This document shows, one piece after another, positions 31,612-41,693 of a DNA stretch of 64,000 bases. This DNA is from Clostridia bacterium (GTDB taxonomy: Bacteria > Bacillota > Clostridia > Christensenellales > CAG-138). The notes under the pieces are model-generated. The model did no database searches. It saw only the letters and a list, made by a program, of their open reading frames with translations, and had not been told where the DNA came from. The stretch is taken from contig JAFQCL010000028.1 in the NCBI GenBank assembly GCA_017416425.1, forward strand, positions 1,813-65,812. The letters run 5' to 3'. Made by a program: the position numbers and the translations under genes. Positions within the stretch are counted from its first letter, which is position 1, and the number at the start of each line of letters is the position of its first letter.

Positions 31612-34197
31612 ATGAAACAAAGCTCAATCACTAAAGCCTTGTGTTTAGCGCTTTCCCTGCTTTTGACTCTGTCTCTTGGCGCGAGCCTTGCAGCGGAAGA
31701 AAAGCTTATAAATACCGGCGAACTCGTTTTGGATACCGATGGCGAGGGTGGCTACAGCGGTGAATATGTGGTGATCTACAATCCTCTTGAGGCAGGAAGC
31801 TCCATATTTACCGGCAATATGTTCGGTCTTATCGAAAATTCCGTAGCGGGAAGCGCTTCTTTTTCGGATACTCCCATTGATGAACCGGATTTTTACAGGC
31901 TGGATGTGGACGCCGAAATGCCCTACGTGCCCTTTGATAAAGAGGCCATGCCCCATGGTGAAAAAACTTCCTATCAGCTTGGCGACACAAAGATATTCAC
32001 CATATCCTCATACAGTCCCGGCAGTTCATCGTTGGAATTTAGCTGCATAGGCGTGGGCGAATATTGCTATATATGGACGCCTACCGGGGAAAACAGCAAT
32101 TTCCATCCCCTTGACGATATCGATCCCACCTATGGGCAGGTTGCGGCGGATGAATTTGACGCCAAATATCCGCTTATGAACTACTCCTTCGGCGACCACG
32201 AGAACGGAAACCAGGGCGATGGAAAGGTACATCTTATGTACTACAACATAGATTGCGGCTGGACCCTTGGCGGCAGCTATGTGGCGGGCTATTTCTCCTC
32301 CTATGATTTTTATTCAAACGGACTTCCCATGATACACCTTGATACCTATCCCGGAGTTCAGTATACAAACTCGGAAGGCGAAGTCATCACGCATATTGAG
32401 GATGCTTTTGGCGTGCAGTCGCATGAATATCAGCATCTTATAAATTACAGCCGTACAGGAGGCATGGATACATGGCTGAATGAATCCATGAGTGCGGCCG
32501 CTGAGGAGATATGTTATCCCGGAAGCAGCATAAGCTCGAGGATACAGTCCTGGCTGAATTATAATTTCAGCGAAAATGGGGATTATCTAAATCCCCCTGC
32601 TGAGCATGAGTATACCCAAAGCTATACCATGCACAATGGCGCGGGCATGTATTATTGGAATCAAAGCATAAACGATGTACTGGCGCTTTACGCGCAGGTC
32701 TCGCTCTATAGCCAGTATCTCTTCACGCAGTATGGAAACGGCATATTCTCGGAAATTATAGACGCCTATAATAACGCAATGAACGCGCGCACCGCCATAG
32801 AGCAGGCAACGGGCGATAATCTTTCAGACATTACAAAGAATTTCAGAATAGCGCTTACGGCAAATGACCCAACATATGAGGATGGCGTATATGGCTTTAC
32901 TCTTCAGGAGGGCTATGATCCATCGCTTTACTATGACGTGCCCAATCTCTACAATTGGCTGGCTCCCGTTGTATTCACCGGAAACAGCTGCAATATAGAA
33001 CCCGGCGGCGCGATAACCGTAAAACCGATCGATGGCGAATACTATCCGCCTGCGGACGAGGGAAACGGCCTTAAATACATAGGCATCTCATTCAGCTCCG
33101 AGCCGCCGGCGCCCATACCGCTCACCGGGATCAGCATCGAGCCTTCTGAGACAGAGGTATTCACAGGCGCGGGCAGTCAGGTATCGCTGATTCGCGTGCC
33201 TGAGAACGCCAATAATTATGAGATTGAATGGATAAGCAGGGATCCGAGCATAGCTACGGTATCCGGCAACAAGCGCAGCGCCATTATAACGGGCGTAAGC
33301 GAGGGCGAGACCGTGATAGAATGTCATGCTACGGATCTCATAAATCAGGAATCATATACAGCATATGTTGATGTAACGGTGCTCGGCATGCCCACTCTTA
33401 ACGATGCTTTGAACGTAGAGGGAGGTACGCTCTTGTTTGAAAGCTCCGGCTTTGAGGTAGACCTTTCGACAACGCCGGGCAGAGTAGCTGCCGTAAGCAC
33501 CAACACGCAGGATAACAGCGTATCCGCTGTTTCCCTGACGCTGGACTGCGCTGCGGGCGATACATTGTCCTTTGATTGGATGGTTTCAAGCGAAATGAAC
33601 TATGATAAGCTGCGCTTTAAGGTAAACGGCGCTGAGGTTAACCAAATACCCGCCATATCGGGCGAGGTAAGCTACACCACCATGACCTACACCGTACCGA
33701 GTGATGGACGGTATGTATTTTCATTTGAATATACAAAGGATATAAGCCAAAGCTCTGGTGCAGATCGCGGCTGGGTAGATGAGGTTTGCTATACTCCCAT
33801 AGGCCAGCAGGAGCCCACATATACCGTGACATTTGTTGACGGCGTAAACGGAGATGAGATCGAAAGCTATGAAGTTTTGGAGAACACCGTAATAACCGAA
33901 TTCCCCGAGCCGCCGGTTATTGAAGGATATGTATTTACCGGTTGGGATTATGACGGCTTGCCCATCATTTCCGACACCGTGATTACAGCGCTTTACACCA
34001 TAAATGATGAAGAAATCATACCCGGTGATGCAAACTGCGATGGCGAGGTCAACGCTATCGATGCGCTCTATGCTTTGCGGCATTCTCTTGGAGCGCTGGT
34101 GCTTGATGGCGCGGGCTTTATCGCTGCTGATATGGATGGAAACGGCATTGTAACTGCGCTTGACGCGCTTGCCATATTAAGACTTTCTATGGCTTAA
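31612..34197 (+). CDS. Secreted multidomain HExxH metallopeptidase-like protein with an Ig-like domain and a C-terminal dockerin
   Basis: Signal peptide. HEYQH...NESMS fits a gluzincin-like HExxH+E pattern. There is a Big_2-like segment (EVFTGAGSQVSLIRVPENA...VSGNKRSAIITGVSEG) and a YTVTFVDG...GYVFTGWDYDG repeat. The two dockerin halves are DANCDGEVNAIDAL and DMDGNGIVTALDAL. Confidence 0.75.
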   Translation: MKQSSITKALCLALSLLLTLSLGASLAAEEKLINTGELVLDTDGEGGYSGEYVVIYNPLEAGSSIFTGNMFGLIENSVAGSASFSDTPIDEPDFYRLDVDAEMPYVPFDKEAMPHGEKTSYQLGDTKIFTISSYSPGSSSLEFSCIGVGEYCYIWTPTGENSNFHPLDDIDPTYGQVAADEFDAKYPLMNYSFGDHENGNQGDGKVHLMYYNIDCGWTLGGSYVAGYFSSYDFYSNGLPMIHLDTYPGVQYTNSEGEVITHIEDAFGVQSHEYQHLINYSRTGGMDTWLNESMSAAAEEICYPGSSISSRIQSWLNYNFSENGDYLNPPAEHEYTQSYTMHNGAGMYYWNQSINDVLALYAQVSLYSQYLFTQYGNGIFSEIIDAYNNAMNARTAIEQATGDNLSDITKNFRIALTANDPTYEDGVYGFTLQEGYDPSLYYDVPNLYNWLAPVVFTGNSCNIEPGGAITVKPIDGEYYPPADEGNGLKYIGISFSSEPPAPIPLTGISIEPSETEVFTGAGSQVSLIRVPENANNYEIEWISRDPSIATVSGNKRSAIITGVSEGETVIECHATDLINQESYTAYVDVTVLGMPTLNDALNVEGGTLLFESSGFEVDLSTTPGRVAAVSTNTQDNSVSAVSLTLDCAAGDTLSFDWMVSSEMNYDKLRFKVNGAEVNQIPAISGEVSYTTMTYTVPSDGRYVFSFEYTKDISQSSGADRGWVDEVCYTPIGQQEPTYTVTFVDGVNGDEIESYEVLENTVITEFPEPPVIEGYVFTGWDYDGLPIISDTVITALYTINDEEIIPGDANCDGEVNAIDALYALRHSLGALVLDGAGFIAADMDGNGIVTALDALAILRLSMA

Positions 34198-34388
34198 TGG
34201 CGGTTTAAATAATTTATTGATTTATGACACGTATAGGAGCCCCGAAGAAATCCTCGAGGCTCTTTTGTAATGAAGAAAGCAGCGTTTATGTATAAAAGTT
34301 ATCCAAAGCGGGGATATAGGGGCAAAAGTTCGTGTTTTTTATATCGTAAAGTTGCGCCCTGCCGGCCACAGTGAAGCTGTTTTTTAAA

Positions 34389-36755
34389 TCAATCAAAGCT
34401 AAGCTTACCTATTCGCCATATCTCGGAGGCATATTCGGCTACGGTGCGGTCGGAGGAAAAGTGTCCCGCCGAGGCGACATTTATAAGGCACTTCCTTAAA
34501 AATTCAGGCCTATTTGCATAGTCTTTGTTTGCCCGAAGCTTTGCTTCAAGATAGCTTCTGAAATCAAGCAGTATGTAATAATGATCCGGCATATGCCAGC
34601 TCGCGCCGTATATGAGCGAATCGTAAAGCTCACGGAACATGCCTGTACCGCCATCGGAGAAGGTGCCGTCTATAAGGGAATCCACCACCATGCGTATATC
34701 AGGGTCGCTGTCGTATATGCGCTTTGCCTCATATCGCATACCCAAAAGCTCCTCCACCTTGGCTCCGAATATGTAGTTATTTTCAAGCCCCGCAGCCTGC
34801 GCTATCTCTATATTCGCGCCATCATAGGTGCCAAGCGTCACCGCTCCGTTTAGCATGAGCTTCATATTGCCCGTACCGCTTGCCTCGGTGCCAGCGGGCG
34901 ATATCTGTTCGGATATGTCGGCGGCAGGAATGATGTGCTCGGCATAGGAGCAATTGTAGTTTGATACAAACACCACCTGCATGCGTGAATTTACATCCGG
35001 GTCATGGTTTATAAGCTCGGAAAGCGCGTTTATGTACTTTATAACGCCCTTTGCCCGATAGTAGCCGGGAGCGGCCTTTGCTCCGAATATGAAAGCGGTG
35101 GGGTAAAAGTCGGTAAGCTCGCCTGATTTAAGCTTCCTGTATATGTAGTATATGGAAAATGCGTTCATAAGCTGGCGCTTGTATTCATGCATGCGCTTTA
35201 CCTGCACATCAAATATAAAGCCGGGATTTAAAACAGTTCCCTCCTTGGCCGCTATGACCCTGCAGAGCTGGCGCTTTTTCTGAAGCTTTATGCGTTCAAA
35301 ATCCGCTATCATGGTATCATCGATCTTTGCTTTCAGCTGCGACAGCTTTGACAGGTCGGTAAGAAAATCGTATGAGCCGAGCCTTTTTCCTATAAGCAAG
35401 GTCAGCTCCGGATTGCAAAGCCCAAGCCACCGCCTCTGGGTGATGCCGTTTGTTTTGTTGGTAAAGCGCTCCGGCCATATGTCATGCCAGTCCGAAAGCA
35501 CGCTGTCGGCTAAAAGCTTTGAATGTATCTTAGCTACGCCGTTTACATAGGAGCTGACATATGTTGAAAGCCTTGCCATGTGTACTATGCCATCATCTAT
35601 TATGCGCATACGGTCTATGCGGGAGCTGTCCGCCCCAAGCTGTATAAGCTCTGCTATGAGCATGGCGTTTATGCGCTCGATTATGTCCACAACGCCCGGA
35701 ATAACGCTTCTAAGCAGTCCGATGTCCCATTTTTCAAGGGCTTCGCTCATTATGGTGTGGTTGGTGTATGAGAACACTTGTTTTGCAGTGGCTAAAGCCG
35801 CGTTAAAGCTTACTCCCTCCTCCATAAGAAGGCGTATAAGCTCGGGTATCGAAAGGGCGGGGTGGGTGTCATTAAGCTGTATGGCGCAATGCGCGGCAAA
35901 GCCCGAGAAATCGTTTCCGCGAACCCTCTTGTAGCGTCTTACTATATCCTGCAGCGATGCGGACGACAGGAAATACTGCTGCTTTACGCGCAGCCTCTTT
36001 CCGGCCTCTGTGCTGTCGTTTGGATAAAGTACCCTTGTTATATCCTCAACGCTGTTTTTTTCACGCACCGAGGCGGCATAGTCCTGAGAGTTAAAGAGGT
36101 CAAAGTCAAACTCCTCAAAGGGCTCGGCCTGCCAAAGCCTTAAAGTGCCTATATTGCTGGTTTTATAGCCGATTATCGGCATGTCGTAGGGTACGGCTAT
36201 CACATCCTGATCTAAAAAATGCACCCTCACCGCCTTATCATCCCTGCGGCGGCTCCAAGGGTCGCCAAGGCGCGTCCAGTTGTCGGCCTTCTCGCACTGA
36301 AAGCCGCCTTTAAAGGTCTGTCTGAAAAGCCCGAATTTATATCTAAGGCCATAGCCGTCAAGCGGCAGGTCGTGTGTAGCTGCGCTGTCAAGGAAGCACG
36401 CGGCAAGCCTGCCAAGGCCGCCGTTTCCAAGCGCCATGTCCTCGATGCTTTCAAGCTCTTTTATATCCGCGCCTCTTACATGCAAAAAGCGCGTTATGTC
36501 CTCAAGTATGCCAAGTGAAAACAGATTGTTGTAGATCATTCGGCCGACAAGATATTCAGCCGAAAAGTAGTAGGCTCTGCGCACGCTTTCGTGCTGCCTG
36601 CGGCTTTGTCGCCAATCTTCGTTTATGGCGTACATCACGGCATTTGACAGCGATTTATGGAGCTGGGCGGCAGAGGCCTCGGGCAGCTCTATCTGGTATT
36701 CACAGCGTAATTCCTCTTCCATTTTGCGCATTATAGCGCGGCTATCCATCAGCAT
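34389..36755 (-). CDS. glgP: Alpha-glucan (glycogen/maltodextrin) phosphorylase
   Basis: EASGTGNMKLMLNGA pyridoxal-phosphate site. Length is 788 aa. Confidence 0.93.
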   Translation of the reverse strand: MLMDSRAIMRKMEEELRCEYQIELPEASAAQLHKSLSNAVMYAINEDWRQSRRQHESVRRAYYFSAEYLVGRMIYNNLFSLGILEDITRFLHVRGADIKELESIEDMALGNGGLGRLAACFLDSAATHDLPLDGYGLRYKFGLFRQTFKGGFQCEKADNWTRLGDPWSRRRDDKAVRVHFLDQDVIAVPYDMPIIGYKTSNIGTLRLWQAEPFEEFDFDLFNSQDYAASVREKNSVEDITRVLYPNDSTEAGKRLRVKQQYFLSSASLQDIVRRYKRVRGNDFSGFAAHCAIQLNDTHPALSIPELIRLLMEEGVSFNAALATAKQVFSYTNHTIMSEALEKWDIGLLRSVIPGVVDIIERINAMLIAELIQLGADSSRIDRMRIIDDGIVHMARLSTYVSSYVNGVAKIHSKLLADSVLSDWHDIWPERFTNKTNGITQRRWLGLCNPELTLLIGKRLGSYDFLTDLSKLSQLKAKIDDTMIADFERIKLQKKRQLCRVIAAKEGTVLNPGFIFDVQVKRMHEYKRQLMNAFSIYYIYRKLKSGELTDFYPTAFIFGAKAAPGYYRAKGVIKYINALSELINHDPDVNSRMQVVFVSNYNCSYAEHIIPAADISEQISPAGTEASGTGNMKLMLNGAVTLGTYDGANIEIAQAAGLENNYIFGAKVEELLGMRYEAKRIYDSDPDIRMVVDSLIDGTFSDGGTGMFRELYDSLIYGASWHMPDHYYILLDFRSYLEAKLRANKDYANRPEFLRKCLINVASAGHFSSDRTVAEYASEIWRIGKLSFD

Positions 36756-37014
36756 GATAACTCCTGTTGAGCCCGTAGGCGATTTTGATATTCATGATAT
36801 CATATTTTACACTGCTTTTCCAGCGTGTTATGACAGCTTTTTCTTGGGTGTTCTGGAAAGAGATTTAAAACCAATGTATGAAATTTTTGTAATATATCAG
36901 TCCCATACAAGGGTATAAACGGCCGTATTTCGGTAAAATGGCTTTTTAGGGCATTAATATCCCAAAAACATGTTAAAAGGACTGCTTTATAGGGCAGCCC
37001 TTTAGTTTTTAAAA

Positions 37015-37974
37015 TTACAGATTTCTGATCTTTTTATTGCCGGTCTGCTTCTTTGCTGTTTTAAGTATTGTAAACACGCCCAAAAACGCGAATACAAGCC
37101 CAAGCCCAAGGTTCATAAGCGTGGCGGTGAGATATGCTGTATCTTCGCTTAGCATGAGGAATATGATATTTGGTATGTCCCCATAGCCTATGCCGGGAAG
37201 CTCGCCTCCGTTTATCATGGAGATCAGAGCGATCACATCGCTGCCAAAGCTGCCTATTATTACGGCTATTATCGTTACTATGACAATAATCGCAATTTTG
37301 CCGGGGCCCTGCTTTCCGCGAAGAAGATCGTAGCCTTTGTTTGCCAGCCATCCTATAAGGTAACCGATTATTGACGCAACATATCCAACGCTCATCACCA
37401 AAGCCCATAAAACAGCTCCTAAAAGGGCGCCCAAAAGGCCGCCTATAAATCCGCTCACATAAGAGCCTCCGGCAGCCTCTCGCCTTTGGGCTTCCTCTTT
37501 TCTGATCTCATCGCTTAATTTTTCAAAGCATGCGTCATGAAGCGGCACTGCCACATCTGAAATCAAACGCCAGCCATCGCTGCTGCTTAAGCTTTTTTTA
37601 CATTTTACACATGTGCTGATGCCGCTTATCTCATAATTTTGAAGCTGCGGGAAAAGCCAGTCGGTAAAATCGCGTATCTTAGTCATAGTGCCGGGGTTAT
37701 CCAAAAAAGTTATATCGATCGATATACCGGTAAGCACAATGCTTTTTACACGATATTGAGAAAGATCGCTTGAGTCAAGAAAAGCTCTGAGCGCGCTCTT
37801 TTTTTCTTCATTCGGGAAGGTAGCAGCTATTGCCATTCGCTTATATCCGGAGCCTTCGGTGAGGGTGACCGCATAGCCGCGAAGGTCGCCATAGGCCATG
37901 CCATGACCGGATATCATGTTGTTTTCATCGGCAAATTTTTTAAGTCCGGGACCTATCAAGATAAATACCTCCAT
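37015..37974 (-). CDS. Membrane protein of unknown function (soluble N-domain with CxxC, then about 5 TM segments)
   Basis: Continuous ORF with a hydrophobic C-terminal half. The start is ambiguous: ATG at 37974, or TTG at 37959 lying 8 nt after GGAGG. Confidence 0.5.
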   Translation of the reverse strand: MEVFILIGPGLKKFADENNMISGHGMAYGDLRGYAVTLTEGSGYKRMAIAATFPNEEKKSALRAFLDSSDLSQYRVKSIVLTGISIDITFLDNPGTMTKIRDFTDWLFPQLQNYEISGISTCVKCKKSLSSSDGWRLISDVAVPLHDACFEKLSDEIRKEEAQRREAAGGSYVSGFIGGLLGALLGAVLWALVMSVGYVASIIGYLIGWLANKGYDLLRGKQGPGKIAIIVIVTIIAVIIGSFGSDVIALISMINGGELPGIGYGDIPNIIFLMLSEDTAYLTATLMNLGLGLVFAFLGVFTILKTAKKQTGNKKIRNL

Positions 37975-38159
37975 AATATAATTATAAAATATCTTAGCAT
38001 ATTGCAAAATCGTCTGTCAAAGGCTTTTATCAAATGAAAGCGTTAACACCCCTTATGGTATTGGCAGGAGAAGCTTCAATGTGTACGGTCGGTCACCCCA
38101 TGCGAGCGGAAGTCCGTTTTATTTGGAAGTAACTGAAAACCAAAAAACAAGTCCTCATA

Positions 38160-38188
38160 TTGACCTTGGATGAATAAGAGGATATAAT
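38160..38188 (+). promoter_or_regulatory. SigA-type promoter candidate
   Basis: TTGACC, a 17-nt spacer, then TATAAT, upstream of the 38244 gene. Confidence 0.5.
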
Positions 38189-38243
38189 GATTATTTAAGG
38201 GAGTTTCTGTTTATCTCAAGGAAAAAGCGCTAAGGAGGAATTA

Positions 38244-39530
38244 ATGGAAAAAAAACGAATCGACACCACGCTTATTGCGCTCATCGTTATAGTTTTACTG
38301 GGCTATATTCTGATGCACGATATATTTGGCGGCACTCTTTTTGCCCACAACAGCTGGGACAGCTACACGCTTCAGGCGCTTGCGTGGCGTGACGGCAGGC
38401 TTGATCTTGGGCAGAACTATTCATATCTTGAAATAGCTGTCTTTGAAGGCAAATACTATGTATCTTTTCCTCCGACGCCCACGCTTGTCATGCTGCCGCT
38501 CACTTTTATTTTCGGAAATAATACCCCGAATAATATAGTGGTGATGCTGTATGCCATAATAACCGCCATCGTGGTGTATAAGGTGCTTTTGATGGTGAAT
38601 TTTAAAAATATCAGCGCCGCGTGCCTGTCTTCGCTCATCGTATTCGGCTCAAACGCGCTTTGGATGAGCACCGTAGGCGGCGTATGGTTCCAGGCTCAGC
38701 TTTTAAACATGCTGCTTTTGTGGCTCGCCATATACTTCTCCCTGAAGGACAAGCGGGCAGCGGCCTATGCCATGGTCGCGCTGGCTGTAGGGTGCAGACC
38801 CTTTTCGCTGTTTGTATTCCCGGTGCTTTTTGTCTTTTTCCTCATGCGTGATCTTAAAGATAAGCCCAAAAAAGACTTTAGGAGCATCCTCCTTACCTCT
38901 CTTTCACAGCTGAAGTGCCTTATAATACCCGCCATCATAGGTGCGGGCTACATGGCGCTGAACTATGCCAGATTCGGAAGCGTATTTGAGTTTGGGCATA
39001 ACTATCTTCCCGAATTTTTAAACGACCCGCAGTTTGGGCTTCACTATATACCCCAAAACCTTAAGAATCTTCTTCTCACATTTGTGGGATTTAACGATAA
39101 CGGACAGCTTACATTCCCGATATTCAACGGCTTCTTCCTGTTTATAGCGAACCCCATATTCATAATAACCTTTGCTGCCTTTATAAGGGATATCGTCAAA
39201 AAGCGGGTGGATATCACGATGATAGTATCTACCGTATGCGTTATAGGGATACTCATAGCGACCTGCGCTCATAAAACGCTTGGCGGCTGGCAGTTTGGTG
39301 CAAGATATACGGTGGATATGATACCCCTTGCATGCTTTACATACCTGCTTGGAAGAAAGAAGGAGCTTTTTGAAAATATGCCCATTCCTGCGCCTGAGTG
39401 CGTGGATGGACCCACCTCGTTGATACAAAAAAAGCAGTTCACGCTAAACGCGGCAGAAGCCGTGATATGCGCCTTTGGCATAATGTTCAACGTGTATGGC
39501 GCTATTGTTATTAATCTTGGCTTAAAATAA
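38244..39530 (+). CDS. Polytopic membrane protein, possible GT-C-fold (ArnT/PMT-like) glycosyltransferase
   Basis: AGGAGG RBS and at least 10 predicted TM segments. An early loop reads SWDSYTLQALAWRDG...GKYYVSFPPTPTLVMLP, reminiscent of GT-C first-loop motifs. Confidence 0.4.
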   Translation: MEKKRIDTTLIALIVIVLLGYILMHDIFGGTLFAHNSWDSYTLQALAWRDGRLDLGQNYSYLEIAVFEGKYYVSFPPTPTLVMLPLTFIFGNNTPNNIVVMLYAIITAIVVYKVLLMVNFKNISAACLSSLIVFGSNALWMSTVGGVWFQAQLLNMLLLWLAIYFSLKDKRAAAYAMVALAVGCRPFSLFVFPVLFVFFLMRDLKDKPKKDFRSILLTSLSQLKCLIIPAIIGAGYMALNYARFGSVFEFGHNYLPEFLNDPQFGLHYIPQNLKNLLLTFVGFNDNGQLTFPIFNGFFLFIANPIFIITFAAFIRDIVKKRVDITMIVSTVCVIGILIATCAHKTLGGWQFGARYTVDMIPLACFTYLLGRKKELFENMPIPAPECVDGPTSLIQKKQFTLNAAEAVICAFGIMFNVYGAIVINLGLK

Positions 39531-39570
39531 TATCGGCTAACTAAATTATAAACGCTTTGGAGGGATTTGA

Positions 39571-40572
39571 TTGAAAAAGAATCATCTGATACCGGGTAAT
39601 AATGAAAACGCGAGCGAGCTGAAAAAAAAGCTTGACTATCACGCCGCAAAAAGGCAGAAGCACAGCAATATTTCAATGCTGCTGGCGCTTATCGGTCTTA
39701 TTGCCGTGGTTGCGGGGCTGTTCACAGGCGCTATTACAAAGGGCTGGGTCGTGCTTGGCGGCTTTTTCATATTTGCCGTTGCGCTTATTTATGCCGGCTT
39801 TCTTGCCGACCCAATGGAACGCGCTTTTTATGAGACTTTTGAAGAGGGCTACATGCGCCCGATACTTAATGAGCGTTTCCCCGGGGGCTTTAAATATAAC
39901 CGTAAAAAGGGCTTTACAAAGGCGGAGCTTAAGGCGATGCGCCTCATGCACCCCATAAGAAAGCACGAAACAAGGCGTATGCTTTCGGTAAACTGCCGGG
40001 GCATCGATATCACCACCTGCCATGCCATGTTCGTTAAAGGCCGCGGCGTGAGCGAAAAGCGCAAGCAGCGCCGTGAGATGGTATGCTTCATACAGGGGCA
40101 GTTTTTAAAGCTTTCCGGCACAGGCGTAAGCGTAGGCAGCATAATGATAAGACCCGTAGGCGTATATGACACTGAGGGCGTGCGCTATCGCAGAAGCCGT
40201 CCCGAGATGCTTGTGATAGGCGCCGGAACCGAGGACATGAATAAGGTATATGAGGTTCTTAGCACCGAGCCGGACGCTGCCGCCGAATTTCTTGATGAAG
40301 CCCGCTGCGGGAGGCTGCTTCGCGTCAGACGCATTTTAAAGCATTATTCCCCAAATACCGGCATTTTCATGTGGCTTCACGGCGATATGGCCGAGGTTCT
40401 TCTTACAAACTGGGACAACGGACTCATGCCCTCCATGAACACGGCTATGAAGGAGAGCTACTATCCCGCCTGCGTTACCCGAACAGCGAACATGATAGAC
40501 TGCGTTGCCTATATATTTAACGGCGAACAAGAGCTGCCGCCGTTTGATTTTGAGCTTGAGGAAGAAGTTTGA
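39571..40572 (+). CDS. Two-TM membrane protein, DUF3137-like
   Basis: TTG start after GGAGGGA. Two N-terminal TM helices precede a soluble domain. The overall layout resembles DUF3137, but the match is weak. Confidence 0.35.
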   Translation: MKKNHLIPGNNENASELKKKLDYHAAKRQKHSNISMLLALIGLIAVVAGLFTGAITKGWVVLGGFFIFAVALIYAGFLADPMERAFYETFEEGYMRPILNERFPGGFKYNRKKGFTKAELKAMRLMHPIRKHETRRMLSVNCRGIDITTCHAMFVKGRGVSEKRKQRREMVCFIQGQFLKLSGTGVSVGSIMIRPVGVYDTEGVRYRRSRPEMLVIGAGTEDMNKVYEVLSTEPDAAAEFLDEARCGRLLRVRRILKHYSPNTGIFMWLHGDMAEVLLTNWDNGLMPSMNTAMKESYYPACVTRTANMIDCVAYIFNGEQELPPFDFELEEEV

Positions 40573-40692
40573 AAACAGGTTTTCAAACCGTGTTTTGCGG
40601 CCTTTGCGCCCTTACGGTTGCCCATTCCCACAAGAAAGGAAACTTTCGCCATGCCAAAGCTATGGTCGTAATAAGTTTTTGGAGTAGCTTAA

Positions 40693-41547
40693 ATGATGAT
40701 AGAACTGCCAAATAAGGACATTTCGCCCGGGCTTTATCTATGCGCCACACCGATAGGTAATCTTGGCGATATCACGCTGAGGGCTTTATCGCTGCTTTTT
40801 TGCGCAGACGCCATCTATGCGGAGGATACCAGAAATACGCTTAAGCTTTTGAACCATTACGGCATTAAAAAGCCCATAATAAGCTGTCACGAGCATAACG
40901 AGCGTATCCGTGGAGCGGAGATAGCGGAAAAGATAGCGGCAGGTTATGTGATAGTCTATGTGAGCGATGCCGGAATGCCCGGAATATCCGACCCCGGACG
41001 AATACTCATCGAGGAATGTGTAAAAAAGGGCGTTTTCTACACGGTGATACCGGGCGCGAGCGCTGCCGCCACCGCGCATGTGCTTTCCGGGCTTTCTGAT
41101 ACATACCGTTTTGAGGGCTTTCTTCCGCGTGACAATGGGGCAAGAAAAAAACGCATAAATGCGCTTCGGTTTGATGAATGCTGCCTTATTTTTTACGAAA
41201 GTCCTTTAAGGGTCGCCGCACTTATGCTTGAGCTGTACGAGCTTTTAGGCGACAGAGACGCCTCTCTTGTACGGGAGATCACAAAGCTTCACGAGAGCGT
41301 AGTTTCGGGCACGCTGAAAAGCCTTTATGAGAAATTTTCCGCTCAGCCGCCAAAGGGTGAATGTGTACTTGTGGTTGCTGGGGCAAAGGATGAGGAGCTG
41401 ACGGGTACGGAGGATATTGATATGCTTCTAAGGCGGCTTCTTGACTCGGGCTATAGCGCCAGGGACGCCGCGAAGGAAGCGGCGAGGCTTATGGGCATAC
41501 CCAAAAATGACGCATACAGGCTGGCGCTTGATATAATAGGAAAATAG
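40693..41547 (+). CDS. rsmI: 16S rRNA (cytidine1402-2'-O)-methyltransferase
   Basis: LYLCATPIGNLGDITLRAL and ISDAGMPGISDPG motifs. Confidence 0.92.
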   Translation: MMIELPNKDISPGLYLCATPIGNLGDITLRALSLLFCADAIYAEDTRNTLKLLNHYGIKKPIISCHEHNERIRGAEIAEKIAAGYVIVYVSDAGMPGISDPGRILIEECVKKGVFYTVIPGASAAATAHVLSGLSDTYRFEGFLPRDNGARKKRINALRFDECCLIFYESPLRVAALMLELYELLGDRDASLVREITKLHESVVSGTLKSLYEKFSAQPPKGECVLVVAGAKDEELTGTEDIDMLLRRLLDSGYSARDAAKEAARLMGIPKNDAYRLALDIIGK

Positions 41548-41693
41548 TGTTTTAGGGCTTTTTTAAAAGCTCTTTTTTATTTGAAAGCCTTACCTCCCCA
41601 AGAGACCTGCGAAAAGCCCACAGGCAATACTGTGGGCAGGGGCGACAACAATAAAATTTATAAATCAGTAAAGGCTTTATATGTAAAACGACA

